A stretch of 43,312 nt of DNA from positions 1 to 43,312 of IMG/VR virus record IMGVR_UViG_3300037991_001268; one strand, written 5' to 3'. How positions within the stretch are numbered: position 1 is the stretch's first letter; every line of letters starts with the position of its first letter. The notes under the pieces were generated by a model. The model was not told the origin of the DNA. It searched no databases and saw only the letters and a program-made list of their open reading frames with translations. Shown in pieces: positions 41,501-43,312 of the stretch. Origin of the DNA: a virus. Lineage: Duplodnaviria; Caudoviricetes. The translations under genes and the position numbers were made by a program.

Positions 41501-42674
41501 AGATAACAATGTTATCATTGAAGGAATTACATCTGAAGTCACTGATACTTATTTGACATCTGCTATTTCTGCTTCAGATACTAGTATCAATGTTAATGAC
41601 GCAACAGCGTTCCATACAACCATCAATGGTGCAGCAATCTCTGCATCTAATCTTGGATACATTAAGATTAATGATGAAATCATGTCTTATAGTGCAATCA
41701 GTTCTAATGGTAAAACAATTACTGTTAACGAAAGAGGACTTGATGGAACAACTGCTGTAGCACATGCTGACGATACTGTTGTTAAATGCTACAACCTCGA
41801 TGGTATTCCTCTGATTGAGTTGAATAAAACTCACTCGGGTATCTTGAATCCCACTCTTGACAGTTATGATCTCCAAACAAGTTCTATTGCTCGTTTGGGC
41901 ATTAGATCTGGTGGAGCAGGTATCATTGCAACTCAGAACGTTCAATATGAAATTCTGGTTCCTCAGATTCAAAGAATGCTTCTGCCTAAGACTGACATGA
42001 CTGCAAGAGTTCAGACAATTACTGGAACTTCTATTAATGATGGTCAAACATTGTCACAGAATTCGTTCAGTAATACTGGTGAGTTCTATGATGTCAATCT
42101 CTCTGAAGATAACTACTTTACCAGTCCTCAATTGATTTGTTCTACGATTAACGAATCTTCTGAGTTGAATGGTGATAAGTCCTTCAGAATGGACTTGACT
42201 CTCTCTAGCACATCTACGACAGTTTCTCCTGTTATGGATACTGATAGAATGTCTATCACAACTGTTAGTAACAGAATCAATAGTCCTTCTGATCCTAATA
42301 CTGCTCTGAGTTCGTTTGGTGATGAGCACTCTGCTATTTACATCACTAAAGTTGCAGAACTTGTTAATCCCTCTTCTGCTATCAAACTAATTTTTGCAGG
42401 AAACCGTCCTCCGAACACTACGATTAAACCTCTATATAGAGTGTTGCCTGTAGGTTCTACCGAAACTCTTGAGGATAGAGGATTTGAGTTCTTCCCAACT
42501 TCAGATGCTACTATTCCTGGAACAACGGACATTGAAGACGAATATAGAGATTATGAATACGAAATTTCTGGTCTGAACTTTACAAAGTATCAAATTAAGA
42601 TTGTATTCGTATCCAATAATCAGGCATACGCACCTATTATTAGAGACCTTAGAGCAATCGCTCTTGCTGTATAA
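35502..42674 (+). CDS. Large virion structural protein, VrlC-like / DUF4815 family (2390 aa)
   Basis: N-terminal PYYDDFD..KNFYRVLFRPG..IQARELT..QS, plus APGAHR, RYTMRDIGKLE.RI..VEYYTSL..LE, KNGFIVDDF, DPLAQSF and LFKSQN..TW. Confidence 0.85.
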   Translation: MAQNTNLNVTPYYDDFDKDKNFYRVLFRPGFPIQARELTTMQSVMQNQVENVGSHLFKDGAMVIPGQVGYDLNVDAIMLQESFLGADVEQYRTQLEGKIITGLTSGVKAKVLFSISEASSEKGYITLYVKYIESGGDTQTQQTFTNNEQLVTDKEITFGTTLIEIGSPFAQLLPTAAIQTGSAAYVQEGVYFIRGFFVDVPYQYILLDQYGTSPAYRIGLEILESIITPEDDLSLNDNAAGTSNYAAPGAHRFRITTNLIKKLLTDEADKDFIELLRINGNKIEKLVDRSAYDELEKSLALRTFEESGNYVVNDFQITNRENLNDGFNNGVYESGETTAQGNTATSEKYAVEFGPGTAYVRGYRIKTLSPKYVDLDKPRSTNSAQNTIIPFELGNYSTVDNVYGFLNVSGSTITNAYQTLELRDRFTATPGDAVGNLIGYARVASIEHVQDPDTTFGNTDDRYRLHVFDVQMFTILKLSSNQTVAAGSVIVGKTSGARGFIVNAVSNGDDFELYQVEGEFQKGEMVTVDGLDQDTIAETYTYQYSDSRQVLSRDETTNAVEFTSDIVLDDLEQLQGATFTYDATGGSEDITGLNSNFSADLRAGDRIYFNNTQYVDVDYVDPTNLSSSNPSTIFNFANQTVNVTPGAGGAAPSAGTYTVLIRYRAKLSETNEATLLEQMPRPYVKSISDESMIVRRTFDAQTVASNSISITLPENEQFEALSNANYTFTVLAGTNGTYPVGDQIPIDTTTSGNLGYTTFTSSDRTTIQMDNLTNITSVKVTASISKNVTQRKTKSPQKMFVLKANKTINNLDKQNYGLAYSGLYGTRIQDRDISLGLADAYKIHAVYESLDDNDPVIPSITLVEPTFFATGTIVTGKTSKARARVVDFNSSSLKLTIVYLTGEFITGETVEGKDSNDTNISGIINDSEGSIVKGSKVITDRYDLISGQTDFIYGVSRIVRRSGVATPIRKIKIVLDYYTHSATGDYFGGQSYLDTSYDDIPLYNNKFLPDYLDFRPGVKNLYSGTGTVSSPAFVNCSTFDFKSRVFPTTGTPAATLFDIPKVNSDFRCDFDWYLPRIDKIYLLPNGEFQIIKGKPEEDPKEPDDLQDGMLLATMLHAPYGFDPVEDVIVIRSENRRYTMRDIGKLETRINQVEYYTSLNMLESDTFNTEITDASGKSRLKNGFIVDDFTDHSKSQTFNPDFKASLDYTEGSCHPSHYTTNCSLIINESLSTNYQKTGPLITLPYTEEKLIEQPYASRVENVNPFNVFAYIGRIDLVPASDDWVDTNRLPVRVTNIEGDFRSTQDRLSVDQNGFAPIQWNAWRTNWSGTSTSSRTWRSRRRSSWGRGLAIDAAVTTTTTSRQTRSGIRTRVVPRIDRRSLGDSTISSTSIPWIRSRNIEVSVVRMKPRTTFYGFFDGQKIADYMIPKIIEVIKNPSTDSRTNSTPFVIGETVTGQTSGAKLKIAAPNDYYKFNPYTDADMPTSYSSTTDFINIDTESLAAQAVGSFYGNIQVGEVLVAASGATAVVKDRRLLTDRLGQWKGSFFIPAPQVDTNPRWSTGTRTLRLTTNENDSRTAGTVASAAEVEYQAAGTLNTVQENVLAIRNADLVRDTVTQDRTVSSTRTETRQVGWWDPLAQSFLIDEEGGSFLTSVDIYFNAKDANIPISMQIRTMENGYPTTAILPFSDTTLNPEDVQISETGAVATRFTFRAPVYIPQSIEHCFVLFSDSNEYQVWISRMGELDISGDRTISEQPYAGVLFKSQNATTWTADQYEDMKFVVNRARFDNSGATRITLNNAPLDVGNNGRIRLANDAIQTFQPEIQLVLNSTTLPYTIGARIYQKTTLAEGTIVGVASSTSGVLLTINDISGTWAAGSNTGGVITNRIVSSKTTATMVVSGASGDFTVGETITGNSSTAPTAEVVTWTSSTNTLTLKFVSTDFTPSTETITGGGSTTTATVSSVTYSGDAIESSAVSDSYPSTTPTYTTSQRKVRVSHSNHGMHDLDNNVIIEGITSEVTDTYLTSAISASDTSINVNDATAFHTTINGAAISASNLGYIKINDEIMSYSAISSNGKTITVNERGLDGTTAVAHADDTVVKCYNLDGIPLIELNKTHSGILNPTLDSYDLQTSSIARLGIRSGGAGIIATQNVQYEILVPQIQRMLLPKTDMTARVQTITGTSINDGQTLSQNSFSNTGEFYDVNLSEDNYFTSPQLICSTINESSELNGDKSFRMDLTLSSTSTTVSPVMDTDRMSITTVSNRINSPSDPNTALSSFGDEHSAIYITKVAELVNPSSAIKLIFAGNRPPNTTIKPLYRVLPVGSTETLEDRGFEFFPTSDATIPGTTDIEDEYRDYEYEISGLNFTKYQIKIVFVSNNQAYAPIIRDLRAIALAV

Positions 42675-42916
42675 TGAGTAAACTCCCGATTAAAGATTAT
42701 GATGGATGGTTCAAAGATCAATCATCTGGAGCCATCGAATGTGCAGACACCAATAAATATAATGCATACATGAAGAAATATCGCGCTGGTCTAGAAAAAG
42801 AACAGCGCATGGAGACTTTACAAAATGAGGTTTCTGAGTTAAAATCTGAAATGGGTGACATCAAATCACTCTTACTAACGTTAGTCCAAAATTCTGAAAA
42901 ACATCATGACGATTGA
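42674..42916 (+). CDS. Small coiled-coil hypothetical protein, 80 aa
   Basis: ORF track; TAATG overlap with the upstream gene; C-terminal heptads. Confidence 0.8.
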   Translation: MSKLPIKDYDGWFKDQSSGAIECADTNKYNAYMKKYRAGLEKEQRMETLQNEVSELKSEMGDIKSLLLTLVQNSEKHHDD

Positions 42917-43133
42917 AACTGTATCGCAACCTGATATGCTTAAGCAATTCAAGGAGCGTTTTGCTAAGTTGATTGAAGAAAATCAGCAACTGGCAGCGAA
43001 AATCAAAGAAAACGAAACAACTGCTCTAAAACTCCAAGGTGCTATCGAAACCCTGGAATACTATAATCCTCAGGAGGTTGAAACCGCTTCCCATCCCCCT
43101 GATGAAGTTGACGAAGTAGAAACTGCAGAATAA
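42906..43133 (+). CDS. Small acidic coiled-coil hypothetical protein, 75 aa
   Basis: ORF track; heptad pattern ending KLQGAIETL; followed by a terminator. Confidence 0.8.
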   Translation: MTIETVSQPDMLKQFKERFAKLIEENQQLAAKIKENETTALKLQGAIETLEYYNPQEVETASHPPDEVDEVETAE

Positions 43134-43138
43134 TATTT

Positions 43139-43162
43139 GGGGGGCGATAGTCCCCCCTTTTT
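43139..43162 (+). terminator. Rho-independent terminator
   Basis: GGGGGGC-GATA-GTCCCCC stem-loop followed by a T5 tract, just after the stop codon. Confidence 0.9.
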
Positions 43163-43167
43163 AATGG

Positions 43168-43175
43168 CATAAATA
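43168..43175 (+). promoter_or_regulatory. T4-type late promoter CATAAATA
   Basis: Directly after the terminator and upstream of the ATG at 43213. Confidence 0.8.
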
Positions 43176-43212
43176 ACTTGGAAGCATTATCTCTATAGAG
43201 TTGTCGTAAAAA

Positions 43213-43312
43213 ATGGCAAATAGAATTCAATTAAGACGAGGTGGAGCCCAAGAGTGGGCAAACTCAAACCCTACCCTTGCTCAAGGTGAGTTAGGTATCG
43301 AACTTGATACGG
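43213..43312 (+). CDS. Partial (3'-truncated) tail-fibre-like structural protein (MANRIQLRRGGAQEWANSNPTLAQGELGIELDT...)
   Basis: IQLRRG...W...NP.L..GE.G.E.DT is the N-terminal motif common to phage fibre proteins (Mtd-N-like). The ORF runs off the window. Confidence 0.8.
   Translation, partial: MANRIQLRRGGAQEWANSNPTLAQGELGIELDT

Noticed and set aside
9552-42532. Numerous minus-strand and alternate-frame ORFs of 60-255 aa in the ORF track
   Set aside because: They lie entirely within long, motif-supported + strand genes and have shadow-ORF composition (S/T/N/I/C-rich) caused by the biased codon usage. None has a recognisable domain.
43213-43312. Diversity-generating retroelement suggested by the Mtd-like N-terminus
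   Set aside because: The motif is a generic fibre anchor, and no reverse transcriptase or TR/VR repeat pair is visible in the window.
1-43312. CRISPR arrays, tRNA/rRNA genes, introns, inteins, homing endonucleases, transposases
   Set aside because: None was recognised by eye. The repeats are degenerate protein-level repeats and the ORFs are uninterrupted. tRNAscan and Infernal were not run.

Overview
This window is from a T4-like cyanobacterial myovirus (Kyanoviridae-type, probably a marine Synechococcus/Prochlorococcus phage). All credible genes are on the + strand. Positions 1-~2.3 kb hold the end of a cluster of small early hypothetical genes with host sigma70-type promoters. Positions ~1.78-2.45 kb are partly non-coding and contain TTTTCCACA (cyanobacterial DnaA-box-like) sites, strong promoters, repeats and an apparent C-rich to G-rich strand-composition switch, so this is a candidate replication origin. 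From ~3 kb the late baseplate module follows, punctuated by T4-type late promoters: a Cys-rich 816-aa protein, a PAAR/gp5.4-like spike tip, a small basic YRGQGK protein, gp25, gp6, a giant 6568-aa gp7, a gp9/10-N-terminal protein with a cupredoxin-like C-terminus, a YHYH/cupredoxin protein, gp8, a VrlC/DUF4815-like protein, two small coiled-coil proteins, a terminator and the start of a fibre-like gene. The most striking observation is that these putative baseplate proteins carry apparent cofactor-binding modules. These are phycobiliprotein-like helical repeats retaining Cys at the bilin-site positions, complete type-1 copper ligand sets, an EF-hand loop and YHYH domains. All family calls come from motif recognition by eye; no database search was run.
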